This document shows positions 1 through 9,608 of a stretch of DNA of 64,000 nucleotides, one piece after another. A program made the position numbers and the translations under genes. How positions within the stretch are numbered: position 1 is the stretch's first letter; each line of letters starts with the position of its first letter. The DNA comes from Nannocystales bacterium. Lineage in GTDB: Bacteria > Myxococcota_A > Polyangia > Nannocystales > Nannocystaceae. The notes beneath the pieces are model-generated. The model made no database searches. It saw only the letters and a list, made by a program, of their open reading frames with translations, and was not told the origin of the DNA. The DNA lies in contig JBOEGF010000024.1 of NCBI GenBank assembly GCA_050633305.1, positions 224,001 to 288,000 on the forward strand, read 5' to 3'.

Positions 1-2
1 TG

Positions 3-263
3 TGTCCCGCCGGGGCGATTTGTGCCGATCTCGAGGTCATGCCGGCCGCGGTCGCGGCCTCGGGACGCCTGTACCTCCGGGCGCAGCAGAGCTGGCTGAC
101 CGCCACGATGGACAGGGGTCCTTGGCGCTTCTGTGCCGAGGACATGGCCGCCACGGTGCTCAGCGCGCTGCAAGGCGCACTGCAACGCTCCCGAGGTGCA
201 CTGAGCCCCGTCCCACTCGAGCGGACGCTGCGGATGCTGCGGGTGCAGCTCGAGCTGGGTTGA
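3..263 (+). CDS. Hypothetical protein, 3' part (probably begins before the window)
   Basis: The frame of ORF 39..263 is open back to the window edge and the composition is protein-like. No family recognised. Confidence 0.4.
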   Translation, partial: CPAGAICADLEVMPAAVAASGRLYLRAQQSWLTATMDRGPWRFCAEDMAATVLSALQGALQRSRGALSPVPLERTLRMLRVQLELG

Positions 264-348
264 GGCCGGCCGGTTCGGGCAACCGTTCCCGTCGGCATGC
301 GTCTGAGTTCGTGTGCCTCGGTTCATGTCCCCGGGCGGAAATCCATCA

Positions 349-363
349 CAGACCCAGGGTCTG
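349..363. promoter_or_regulatory. Perfect inverted repeat CAGACCC-A-GGGTCTG, possible operator
   Basis: 7-bp arms with a 1-nt spacer in intergenic DNA, about 100 bp upstream of ATG 464. Confidence 0.3.
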
Positions 364-463
364 AAAAGTCGGGTTCCGGTTCATGGGTCCCGGGGTGTGT
401 CGTCGTAACGCGGAGGCTTGCGACACCGCGGCCACGGTGGCGTCTAGGTGGGTCGAGGCACTC

Positions 464-1221
464 ATGGCAAACAGCACGATCCTGTCCAAGCTCCAATCCT
501 GTACCGCCGACGAAGCGATCGATTCGCTTCTCGACCTCGACTGGGCGGCCTTCAGTCCCCGCCGCGACCTGCACTCGTTGCAGCGGGCCCTGATGTCGCT
601 GGAGAGACGTGAAGGTCTCGGTGGTGCACACCACATCGCGAGTGAGCGGTTGCTTGAACAGACGGACGCTTCACTCGTTCACAATGATGCTCATCGGGCG
701 GTGATGCAGAAACTTCGCGGTCTCACGTGACGGTCTCCGGCTTGCGGTCGGAAGCGGTACGCCAGCGGCCGACTTTGAGTACGGTGGCGCGTTGGAGACT
801 ATCGACCTGACCACCGGATCGACTGTACGCAACACTCGTCGCCTGAACTGCGGCGTTGGCCATTGGAACGAGGGACGTTGCATCCAGTGGTCGCCCGATG
901 GGTGGTACCTGTTGGCCTCGTTCGACCGCTCGGAGATCGGTTGGTCGTCGCCCGTGTGGGGCGGTATCGGCTGGACCTTTCCCGGGAACGAACCGTCTCC
1001 TTTGCGTGGCTCGGCCGCGTTGCTCGATGGGGTTCCGTACGCTCCTGCGTACTGCTACTCGCAGACCGGAGAATCCGTGGTGTTCGCAGTTCGCGGTCCC
1101 CATGGCGGTCTCCCGGGGGCGCACGTCGCTCAACGCACCCGACCCCTCGACGTTCTACGGGGGCGATGAAGCCGGGTACACGGACTACCCGACGTTCGAC
1201 GAGTCGACTCGCGCTCCGTGA
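464..1221 (+). pseudogene. Probable frameshifted WD40/beta-propeller-like gene remnant
   Basis: ATG 464 is preceded by GAGG. The ORF stops at 730, but a +1 shift at CAGAAAC (~707-713) gives HRAVMQ/NFAVSRDGLRLAVGSG...IQWSPDGWYLLAS, which are WD40/PD40-like motifs. A second shift near 1125 continues to 1221. Confidence 0.4.
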
Positions 1222-1475
1222 GGAGGAACGCGGGTGTCGTGGTGAGTGCGGTCCGGCACGGAGTCGGTCGCCTTCACGGATGAGCTGGGGGGTGTTTCTG
1301 GGGTGGGGCCGGTCGTCATGATGCTGCGCACCCCGGTCGCAACGGATGCAGCGCGAGCACCGGCGTTGGTCCCGGGGAGGGCGGGTCGAGTCGCCGCTTG
1401 ACGCGCGTGGGCCATAAAACGGCCCGTCGGCCCAAATCCGTCGTTGCGCGCGGTGTCGCTCTGTGTCAGGTTACT

Positions 1476-1487
1476 TACCGTTCGGTA
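1476..1487. promoter_or_regulatory. Palindrome TACCG-TT-CGGTA, candidate TetR autoregulatory operator
   Basis: Perfect palindrome ending 1 nt before ATG 1489 of the TetR gene that heads an efflux operon. Confidence 0.5.
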
Positions 1488-1488
1488 T

Positions 1489-2094
1489 ATGACCGTCGGC
1501 GACAAATGCGCAGCTGCGGTGGACCTCCCACAGGACAGTCTAGCCGCCCGAATCCTGGATGAAGCGATCCGCTTGTTCGCGTCGCGGGGCTATGCATCGA
1601 CGTCGGTCCGTGAGGTCGTCGAGGCCTGCGGCTGCACGAAACCGGCGCTGTACTACCACTTCACGAACAAGGTCGGCCTGTACCGCGCGGCGATCGGTGC
1701 GGCAGTGATCCGGCTCGAGGTCGTGCACGAGGAGCTGAGCCACGGAGCATTCGTCGAAGGGCTCCGCGAAGGGATCCGTCGCGTCCGCGCACACGCGGAG
1801 GTTCATCCCGACGACCTCCGTCTGCTGTTCCGCGCGGAGAGCGAGGCGACGATTCACCCGGACCTTCTTGACATCCGGACGCTTCGGGCGCAGGACCTCG
1901 CCCGCACCGAGGCCCTCATCGCCGAGGGGGTCGAGCGTGGGGAACTACGCAAGGATCTTCCCGTCAAGGGCGCTGCCATCGCACTCGTGGGCGCGATGCA
2001 CATGTGGCTTCAGCTGTGGCTGGATGGCCATCCGCTCGACGACGAGTTCGAGCAGAGCACCCTGAGTTTGTACCTGCACGGAGTCATCGCATGA
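1489..2094 (+). CDS. TetR/AcrR family transcriptional regulator
   Basis: N-terminal HTH ILDEAIRLFASRGYASTSVREVVEACGCTKPALYYHFTNK; C-terminal IAEGVERGELR. Start could alternatively be GTG 1519. Confidence 0.93.
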   Translation: MTVGDKCAAAVDLPQDSLAARILDEAIRLFASRGYASTSVREVVEACGCTKPALYYHFTNKVGLYRAAIGAAVIRLEVVHEELSHGAFVEGLREGIRRVRAHAEVHPDDLRLLFRAESEATIHPDLLDIRTLRAQDLARTEALIAEGVERGELRKDLPVKGAAIALVGAMHMWLQLWLDGHPLDDEFEQSTLSLYLHGVIA

Positions 2095-3188
2095 ACCGTC
2101 TTCTTCTCGCGGCAGCCCTCGTGGCCCCCGCTTGTAACTCCACCGCGTCCGCCGAACCTGCTCCCGATGCCGAGGAGGCCGAGTCTCGACAGACGCCCGC
2201 GGCCCGAGCGACATGGGTCGAAGCTGCAACCGTCGAGCGCTCCTCCGCGTCGCTTCACCTCATCCTCCCCGGGGAGGTTGAAGGTGATCGGGACGCGTGG
2301 CTGGCTTCCTCGCAGGGCGGCTACGTCGAGGCGGTCTCAGCCGAGGTCGGGCAATCGGTCAAGGAGGGGGACGTGCTCTTTCGCATCGACCGGTCGCTGT
2401 TTCAGGCCCGCCTCGCTCAGGTCGAGAACGAGGTCAAGGCGGCCCGACGCGAGCTGGCTCGTGTGAAGAAGGCTGGGAGCGCCATTGCGTCGGCGGAGGT
2501 CGATGCGACCCATGACCGGCTCATCGCAGCGCAGGCCTCTCGGCGTGTGGCGCAGATCCAGGCGTCGCGCGCGACCATTCGAGCGCCGTTCGACGGAGCG
2601 CTTGCCGCAGTCGAGCTGGAGAAGGGAGAGGTTGCCGGACCCGGAGCCCCTGCGGCTCGGCTGGTGGTCCTCGACCCGGTCAAGGTTTCGATCTCCGTCG
2701 CCGATCGAGACGTCGGACTCCTCGAAGTCGGTTCGGGTGTACGGGTGTCCGTAGACGCCCTCGCCGAGCCTCGCGACGGGAAAATCGCCCGCATTCTTCC
2801 TGCCGCCGACCTCGACACCCGGACGTTCATCGTCGAGGTGGAGGTCGCCAACAAGGACAAGGCGTTGCTTCCGGGCATGATCGCACGGGTCGAGGTCGAG
2901 CAGAGCTTGCAGCAGGACTCCCTGCTCATCCCGCAGGGCTTCTTGGTCACGCAGCGTGATTCCAACGGCGTCTTTGTCGTTGAAGACGGATTCGCGCGCT
3001 GGCGTACGCTCGAGTTGGGACCGCTGGTCCGAGATCAGGTGGTCATCGATTCCGGTCTGGAAGTCGGGGATAACATCGTCGTCGTTGGACAGCGGTCGCT
3101 GGCCGACGGCGATGCCGTGATTCTCTCCCGCCAGGGAAGCTGCTGTGTGAACGGTCGCCCCACCTTCGTCGTGGACTCGGGCTCATGA
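2091..3188 (+). CDS. RND efflux periplasmic adaptor (membrane fusion protein), probable lipoprotein
   Basis: MNRLLLAAALVAPAC signal; GQSVKEGDVLFRID, TIRAPFDG, TRTFIVEV, LLPGM motifs; ATGA overlap with the TetR stop. Confidence 0.93.
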   Translation: MNRLLLAAALVAPACNSTASAEPAPDAEEAESRQTPAARATWVEAATVERSSASLHLILPGEVEGDRDAWLASSQGGYVEAVSAEVGQSVKEGDVLFRIDRSLFQARLAQVENEVKAARRELARVKKAGSAIASAEVDATHDRLIAAQASRRVAQIQASRATIRAPFDGALAAVELEKGEVAGPGAPAARLVVLDPVKVSISVADRDVGLLEVGSGVRVSVDALAEPRDGKIARILPAADLDTRTFIVEVEVANKDKALLPGMIARVEVEQSLQQDSLLIPQGFLVTQRDSNGVFVVEDGFARWRTLELGPLVRDQVVIDSGLEVGDNIVVVGQRSLADGDAVILSRQGSCCVNGRPTFVVDSGS

Positions 3189-6100
3189 TTGGCGCACTCG
3201 TTCGACGCGGACCCACCGTCTTCCTGGTGACGGTCTGCATCCTGATCTTTGGGCTGTGGACGTACAACACCCTGCCCAGGGAGGCGTCTCCGGACGTCGA
3301 GATCCCGGTTGTCATGGTGACGACGCCCTATATCGGTGTGTCGCCGGAGGACATGGAGTCTCTCGTGACCAACCCGATCGAGGATGAGCTGGCGGGGGTC
3401 AAGGACCTCAAAAAGATGAGCTCCACCTCGGCGGAGGGCATCAGCCTCATCACGCTCGAGTTTGAGCCGGAGGTCGTGATCGACGACGCGCTGCAGAAGG
3501 TCCGGGACCGGGTCAGCCGAGCGCGGCCCGACCTGCCCGAGGATGTCGAGGAGACTTCCGTGACCGAGGTGTCGTTCAGCGACTTCCCGATCGTGATCGT
3601 CACGATCGCAGGTCCGGTGGACCAGGAGGAACTCAAGGACCTCGGCGAGAGACTTCAAGAAGGGGTCAAGGAGATCGGGGGCGTCCTCGACGCCAAGCTG
3701 ACCGGTGGCCGGACCCGAGAGGTGCAGGTGCAGGTCGACCCCGTCCGTCTCAACCACTTCGGGCTCGCGCTCGGGGACGTGATTGGGGCGATCGGCGACG
3801 AGAACGTCAACGTGCCTGGCGGCGATGTCGACGCAGGGGAAGCGAGCGTGCTGCTCCGGATCCCAGGCGAGTTTGAGGACCCCGCCGAGATCGAGAATGT
3901 GGCGATCAAGCGCAAGGGCGATCGCCCGGTTTTCGTTCGCGACGTGGCACGGTTGGTCGATGGGTTCGAAAAACGCGAGACCTATGCACGCATGAACGGT
4001 CAGCCGGCGGTGTCGCTGGCGGTGTCCAAGCGAAGCGGCGCGAACATCCTCGAAGTTGCCGAGGCGGTGAAGGCACTCGCAGCAGAGCACGAGGAAAAGT
4101 GGCCCGAGGGCGTGACCTTCCGCGTGCTTGGCGACCAGTCCGAGATGATCTCATCGATGGTCAGCGACCTCGAGAACGGCATCTTGACGGCGTTGTTGTT
4201 GGTCGTCGGCGTGCTCGTAATCTTCATGGGCGTGCGCAGCAGCCTGTTCGTCGCCGTGTCGATTCCACTGTCGATGCTGCTGGCGATGGTGGTGGTCGAG
4301 GCGTTCGGCATGACGCTGAACATGATCGTTCTCTTCTCCCTGATCCTCGCCTTGGGGATGCTGGTCGACAACGCGATCGTTCTGGTCGAGAACATCTACC
4401 GTCACGCCGAGATGGGAAAACCGCCTCGGCAGGCGGCCATCGACGGCACCAAGGAAATCGCGATCGCGGTGGCCGCATCCACGGCGACGACCGTTGCAGC
4501 GTTCGCCCCGCTGGTCTTCTGGACGGGGATGATGGGCCAGTTCATGGGCTACATGCCCAAGACCGTCATCATCGTGCTGCTCGCCTCGCTGCTCGTCGCG
4601 GTTGGCATCCTCCCGGCGGCAACGGCTCGGCTGATGCCGAAGTCGATGGCCAAGCGGTCCGACCACAAGCAGACGGCCTACGGTCCCTCGATGCGCCTGT
4701 ATCGAAGGGCACTCGGTTGGGCGATCCGGCACCGCTACATCGCGGCCTTCGCCGGCGTGCTCTCCCTGTTTGGCACGATCGCGATCTACGCCGGAAACAA
4801 CCACGGGATGGAGTTCTTCCCGGAGACCGACCCTCCGCGCGCAACGATCAGCGTCCGCGCGCCGGATGGGACCAGTCTCGAGGCGACCGATGCCATCGTT
4901 CGGCAGATCGAGGCCATCTTGGCGACGGAGGCCAACGTCGATGTGTTCGTCGCCGAGACGGGCATCAGCGGCGGCGGCGATCCGATGACCGCCGCGCAGC
5001 CTGCCGCCAACTTCGCTCGAATCACGCTCGACTTCCTTCCCGACGAGGCTTCCGCAGGTGCCGGGGAGACCGTGCGCTTCGAGCCCACCACCGAGACGGT
5101 GGACCGGATTCGCAACGCCGTCCTCCAGATCCCCGGGGCTGAGATCTCGGTGGAGAAGGAGCGCATGGGCCCTCCGGTGGGGTCCCCCATCGCGGTCGAG
5201 GTCTCCGGCGACGACTTCCACGAGGTGGGCGCGCTGGCAGCCTCCGTGCGGCGACAGCTCTCGGAGGTCCCCGGGGCGACGGACCTTGCCGACAACTATC
5301 ACGTAGGCCGGCCGGAGATGCGGCTTCGTATCGATCGCGGTGCGGCGAAGCGGGTGGGCACCAGCACGGTCTCGGTGGCCAATACGGTCCGAACGGCAGT
5401 GGCGGGCACCAAGGCCTCCGCGTTCCGAGACGGCGAGGATGAGTACGACATCACGGTGATGGTCGACCCGCGTTTTCGCGACGACCTCCAATCCGTTCTG
5501 GGGCTGCGCATCCCTGGCAAGCTCGACACCAGCCCGGACACGTTTCCGGTGCCGATCTCCACGGTGGCCTCGTTCGAGCTCGCGGGAGGAAACGGCAGCA
5601 TCTATCACATCGATCAGGACCTGGTTGTCACCATCGAGGGCGACATCGCCGAGGGCTTCGCCGAGACCGACGTCCGCGACGCCGTGATGGCACACATCGG
5701 TACCGTCGACACCAAGCCCGGGTATGGGTTGCGCCTCGGGGGCGCTCAGGACGAGCAAGCTGAGGCGCAGGCGTTCTTGCTCCGGGCGTTCGTCATCGCC
5801 ATCTTCCTCATCGCGGCTGTGCTGGTGACCCAGTTCAACAGCTTCGATTTGCCGCTCATCATCATGGCGTCCGTGGTCTTGTCGCTGGTCGGCGTGCTGT
5901 GGGGCTTGATGATCACCGGGACCCCGTTCGGCTTGATCATGACTGGGCTGGGGGTGATCTCGTTGGCCGGTGTGGTGGTCAACAACGCGATTGTGTTGCT
6001 CGACTACGTACAGCAGCTCAAGGCGACCGGAATCACCACCTATGAAGCGTTGGTCGACGCAGGCTCGGCTCGCTTTCGGCCGGTGATGTTGACGGCGGCC

Positions 6101-6385
6101 ACCACGGTGCTGGGCCTGGTCCCGATGGCGTTGGGCATCTCCCTGGACTTTCGCAACCTCCGGATCCTTTCTGGAACCCAGAGCGCGCAAATGTGGGGGG
6201 CGATGGCGGTGGCCGTGATCTTCGGCCTGGCGTTCGCCACGGTGCTCACCCTGATTCTGGTTCCGACGCTGTACAGCATCCTCGACGACCTGCGGGGTCT
6301 GGGTGCGCGGCTGCGCGGGAAGGCCAGCCGTCCCACCGCATCGTCTGTGACGGCGACGGAACCCGAGCCGAGCGTCGCCGAGTAG
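3185..6385 (+). CDS. RND efflux permease, AcrB/AcrD/AcrF family
   Basis: 1066 aa with RND topology; GMLVDNAIVLVENIYR, GVVVNNAIVLLD and RFRPVMLT motifs; overlaps the MFP stop. Confidence 0.96.
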   Translation: MIGALVRRGPTVFLVTVCILIFGLWTYNTLPREASPDVEIPVVMVTTPYIGVSPEDMESLVTNPIEDELAGVKDLKKMSSTSAEGISLITLEFEPEVVIDDALQKVRDRVSRARPDLPEDVEETSVTEVSFSDFPIVIVTIAGPVDQEELKDLGERLQEGVKEIGGVLDAKLTGGRTREVQVQVDPVRLNHFGLALGDVIGAIGDENVNVPGGDVDAGEASVLLRIPGEFEDPAEIENVAIKRKGDRPVFVRDVARLVDGFEKRETYARMNGQPAVSLAVSKRSGANILEVAEAVKALAAEHEEKWPEGVTFRVLGDQSEMISSMVSDLENGILTALLLVVGVLVIFMGVRSSLFVAVSIPLSMLLAMVVVEAFGMTLNMIVLFSLILALGMLVDNAIVLVENIYRHAEMGKPPRQAAIDGTKEIAIAVAASTATTVAAFAPLVFWTGMMGQFMGYMPKTVIIVLLASLLVAVGILPAATARLMPKSMAKRSDHKQTAYGPSMRLYRRALGWAIRHRYIAAFAGVLSLFGTIAIYAGNNHGMEFFPETDPPRATISVRAPDGTSLEATDAIVRQIEAILATEANVDVFVAETGISGGGDPMTAAQPAANFARITLDFLPDEASAGAGETVRFEPTTETVDRIRNAVLQIPGAEISVEKERMGPPVGSPIAVEVSGDDFHEVGALAASVRRQLSEVPGATDLADNYHVGRPEMRLRIDRGAAKRVGTSTVSVANTVRTAVAGTKASAFRDGEDEYDITVMVDPRFRDDLQSVLGLRIPGKLDTSPDTFPVPISTVASFELAGGNGSIYHIDQDLVVTIEGDIAEGFAETDVRDAVMAHIGTVDTKPGYGLRLGGAQDEQAEAQAFLLRAFVIAIFLIAAVLVTQFNSFDLPLIIMASVVLSLVGVLWGLMITGTPFGLIMTGLGVISLAGVVVNNAIVLLDYVQQLKATGITTYEALVDAGSARFRPVMLTAATTVLGLVPMALGISLDFRNLRILSGTQSAQMWGAMAVAVIFGLAFATVLTLILVPTLYSILDDLRGLGARLRGKASRPTASSVTATEPEPSVAE

Positions 6386-6402
6386 CCGGGCCAGAGCAGG
6401 GG

Positions 6403-6903
6403 TCAGGAGTCGGGGCGGTCGCCGTACACGATGTCTTCGATGGTGAAGAACGTGTCTCCGCGAGGGCGCCGGACTTCGACCTCGGCGCCCACGGTCTTTC
6501 CCATCAGCGCCTTGGCGACAGGTGACTGCATGCTGATGGCACCATTGTCCGCGTCGGATTCGTCGGGACCGACGATTCGGTAGCACTTGCGCTCGCCCTC
6601 GTCGTCCTCGAGAACCACCCAAGCGCCAAAGCCGACCTTGCCCGCGCTTGCCGCTTGCATGTGTGGTGTGATCACCTTCATGCGGTCCAGGCGCTTGGCG
6701 AGAAACCGCAGCCTGCGGTCAATCTCACGGAGCCTCCGCTTCCCGTATTTGTACTCGGCGTTCTCGGACCGGTCGCCGAGGGCAGCGGCGGCCTGGACCT
6801 CGGCCGTGACGCGTGGCCGCTCGACCTTCCAGAGCTCCTCCAGCTCGGTTCTCACTTTCTCGTGTCCTTCTGGAGTGACGAAAATCGGGAGGTCCTCCGG
6901 CAT
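6403..6903 (-). CDS. greB: Transcription elongation factor GreB
   Basis: ERPRVTAEVQAAAALGDRSENAEYKYGKRRLREIDRRLRFL, YRIVGPDE, ISMQSPVAKAL. Real start is ATG 6903; the 504-aa ORF is over-extended. Confidence 0.95.
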   Translation of the reverse strand: MPEDLPIFVTPEGHEKVRTELEELWKVERPRVTAEVQAAAALGDRSENAEYKYGKRRLREIDRRLRFLAKRLDRMKVITPHMQAASAGKVGFGAWVVLEDDEGERKCYRIVGPDESDADNGAISMQSPVAKALMGKTVGAEVEVRRPRGDTFFTIEDIVYGDRPDS

Positions 6904-6960
6904 GATCCGAGCAGTATGGCACCGATTGTCGACGGCGGTTGGGCCGGCTACTCTCCGCGC

Positions 6961-7791
6961 ATGGTTTCGCTCTTCCGCCTTCGCACCCGTGCACCGCTGT
7001 GCCTCTTCACCGTGGCTCTCGCGACCGCCGGCCTGACGGGCTGCGACAGTGGCGACGACAACGGCGAGTCGAGTGGTTCGACCTCGGACGCATCGTCGAC
7101 CACCGACGACCCCTCGACGACCGCCGTGGCGTCCACCGGATCGACCACTGCCGTCGCGTCCTCGAGCAGCACCACGGACGAAGGAACCACCGGGTCGAGC
7201 ACGACCGCGGATGTCTCTTCCTCGACGACCGGTGAAGGGTCTTCCTCCACCGGACCGGTCTGTGAGCCGGGCACCGCGAACTGTCCTTGTGATGGTGATG
7301 TGTGCGAGGGCGACCTCGTTTGCACCGACGGCACCTGCTTCAACCCCGCAGGGTGCCAGGGCAAGCAGCAGGACACTGAGCCCAACGGCACCGAGGCGAC
7401 GGCGCAAGCCCTTGGCAGCGCGAACTGTGGCCAGCTGGCCGAGGTCTCCGGCAGCAGCGAGACCGACGACCTGGACTTCTACACGCTCGATGTCGTCGAC
7501 CTTGGCGCGGACTGTCCGAACAGCGACGGCACGATCTCGATCGTGACCGCGGACGAAGACCTCGAGGTCTGCATGTTCTTCGCGTGCGATGCCGGAGCCG
7601 CCTCGGTCAACTGTGGCGCCGATACGGACGCGACCTCCGAGGATGGCCTCGCAGGGTGTTGCGGCACCAACAGCGTTGAGCCTGGCTTCTTCTGCTCGGG
7701 CGTCAACAACGACAGCGAAGTCGTGTTCCGCGTCGGGGGCCTCGAGGCCAACGTCTGCGTCGACTACGCGCTGGCATACCGCGTCCTGTAG
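6961..7791 (+). CDS. Lipoprotein with Ser/Thr-rich linker, Cys-rich module and EPN/PPC-like C-terminal domain
   Basis: Lipobox LTGC; ~65-aa S/T/D/G linker; CEPGTANCPCDGDVCEGDLVC; DTEPNGT...DDLDFY. Confidence 0.8.
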   Translation: MVSLFRLRTRAPLCLFTVALATAGLTGCDSGDDNGESSGSTSDASSTTDDPSTTAVASTGSTTAVASSSSTTDEGTTGSSTTADVSSSTTGEGSSSTGPVCEPGTANCPCDGDVCEGDLVCTDGTCFNPAGCQGKQQDTEPNGTEATAQALGSANCGQLAEVSGSSETDDLDFYTLDVVDLGADCPNSDGTISIVTADEDLEVCMFFACDAGAASVNCGADTDATSEDGLAGCCGTNSVEPGFFCSGVNNDSEVVFRVGGLEANVCVDYALAYRVL

Positions 7792-7798
7792 CGGCTGA

Positions 7799-7936
7799 TC
7801 AGTCGTCGAGCGTGTCGATGAGATCGCGGAGCAGGTCTTGGATCTGCTCCCGCTTGTCTTCGACGTATGCGTCGTCCTCGTCGGCGTCCCAGGACCACGC
7901 TCCGCCCAGCAGGGCATCGCTGTGCAGCTTGTTCAT
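7799..7936 (-). CDS. Small acidic hypothetical protein (45 aa)
   Basis: MNKLHSDALLGGAWSWDADEDDAYVEDKREQIQDLLRDLIDTLDD; GC3-biased codons; fills the gap between neighbours. Confidence 0.5.
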   Translation of the reverse strand: MNKLHSDALLGGAWSWDADEDDAYVEDKREQIQDLLRDLIDTLDD

Positions 7937-8119
7937 AGCCTTTGGGGTACCCCTGGAGCCCGCCCCGCCGCCATTTCTTGGCAATTTCACGGGGCGAGGC
8001 CCCCCGATCTCGCTGCAGAGTGTTTTTTCCCTTCGGCCGGTTGTGCGATACTCCGCCGGGCCATGGCGCTGCACCTTGGAACGGGCTTGATCGAAACTCG
8101 AGGCGAGCCCCAGCTCAAG

Positions 8120-8836
8120 ATGCCCAAACTCGAGAAGGCCTTGTTGAAGGCCTTGGACGAGTTGGGATGGGAACAAACGTACTCCGGAAAGGCTCCGCCC
8201 GAGGAGATCGACCCCGAGGACACGGCCGTTGAGTTCGTGCTGCTCGCGAATGGGGACGGGGTGTTGGGCGTTCGCATCGCGGAGGTCGCGTGCGTCCGAG
8301 ATGTCGCGAGGCATCTGCACGGCGTCGTCGAATCGCCGCTGATGGTGTTCACCACCAAGGGCACCCTCTTCGGACGCCGGTCGGTGGAAGTCACGTGTCG
8401 GAAGTTCGAGGTCAAGGACGGCGAGGTCGAAGAACTCCCTGTCATGGTCACGCACACCGCTGAAGTGACCGACTTGGAGCACAACGAACTCCGGCAGTCC
8501 CCCAACGCGTTGCGAGCTCGAATCAAGACTGCGAACGACTCGATGCTCGGCGCCGAGGCCAGCGCGGACTTCAAGGACAAGAAGGTCTTCCGCTACAAGC
8601 GGGCGCACAAGAAGGTGAAGTTCAGCTCGCCGCGCCTGGGTCGACTCATGGCGCAGATCGAGACCTGCGAGGCATTTGAAGCCGTGCTCGAGGGCGAGCA
8701 GCCTATCGTCAAGGTCGTGCTCAGCGGTGGGGCCAAGAGCCTCGCGTATCTCAAGCCCGAGGAACTCGCCGAGCTGGAAAAGGCGATCGAGTTGCGACCC
8801 GAGATCGCCCGCCGTCGTGCGGGCGCAGGCGACTGA
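8120..8836 (+). CDS. Hypothetical protein
   Basis: Strong GC3 bias and globular composition from MPKLEKALL. No family recognised; start uncertain. Confidence 0.75.
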   Translation: MPKLEKALLKALDELGWEQTYSGKAPPEEIDPEDTAVEFVLLANGDGVLGVRIAEVACVRDVARHLHGVVESPLMVFTTKGTLFGRRSVEVTCRKFEVKDGEVEELPVMVTHTAEVTDLEHNELRQSPNALRARIKTANDSMLGAEASADFKDKKVFRYKRAHKKVKFSSPRLGRLMAQIETCEAFEAVLEGEQPIVKVVLSGGAKSLAYLKPEELAELEKAIELRPEIARRRAGAGD

Positions 8837-8886
8837 GTTCCTCGATTCCTGAGCCAGCCCGGCGTCGATGGGCTGCGAGGTCAGCG

Positions 8887-9411
8887 CTACGTCGAGCTCG
8901 GCACCACATGCCCTCGGGCGATGTGGTCAACCAGCAAGAGCAGCGTGGGCATCCGGAAACGTCCGTACATCGTGCGGACGTAGTTGCCCGCCTGGCCGTT
9001 GGACAGACCACTGGCCGTGACCCACAGCGGCGTCGTGCTCTCTCCGCGAAGCACGGGCTCGGCAGGCGCGCCCTCGAACTCGGTCTTTGCGACCCCCACG
9101 ATGGCCGGTGTGAGGTTGTCTTCGCCCAGCGCATTCGCGACGTGTCGCCCGAGACCGGCTTTCTCGCCGAGGTCGACGTAGCCGTCGACCACGATCGTGT
9201 CGACGTCGTGCGCGCTCAGAAGCCAGTGCAACATCGGCATCAAACACGGGAGTTCTCGCTCGTAGAACCGCCCTGGGACATAGGGCCCGAACCCCGTCGC
9301 TCGGTCCGCGTACATGGCAACCGGCGACGGGTCGTCCCAATGCTCGAACACAACCGCTGCCGCGCGCGCCTCGACCTCGCTGAGGTAGTGCACGTCTGTG
9401 GCCAGGATCAT
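8887..9411 (-). CDS. nfi: Endonuclease V family protein
   Basis: ATDVHY, PYVPGRFYERELP wedge motif, IVVDGY, IVGVAKT, PLWVT, RMPTLL. Confidence 0.85.
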   Translation of the reverse strand: MILATDVHYLSEVEARAAAVVFEHWDDPSPVAMYADRATGFGPYVPGRFYERELPCLMPMLHWLLSAHDVDTIVVDGYVDLGEKAGLGRHVANALGEDNLTPAIVGVAKTEFEGAPAEPVLRGESTTPLWVTASGLSNGQAGNYVRTMYGRFRMPTLLLLVDHIARGHVVPSST

Positions 9412-9608
9412 CGGTCAACGCTAGCAGCCCATGACGAAGTCGCCACGGCGTCCCCATCTTTTCCTCCTGCGGAGCTCGTCGGCACCTCGGTCTGGGGCCA
9501 GTCGAGCGGCCCTCGGGCGCAAGACGAGACGTGAACGCCCCCGCAAACGGCATACTCCGGTGGGCACGAAGCCGGTGTGCAAGACTCTGTGTTCAGAGGC
9601 TCGACCCC

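Noticed and set aside
4151..6622. Long antisense or alternative-frame ORFs (also 10930-12540, 16537-18435, 46648-48975, 48722-51133 and others)
   Set aside because: Expected in high-GC DNA opposite well-supported genes; no independent evidence of coding.
6904..7917. Apparent 504-aa GreB fusion
   Set aside because: The extension is the antisense of the 6961-7791 lipoprotein; GreB starts at 6903.
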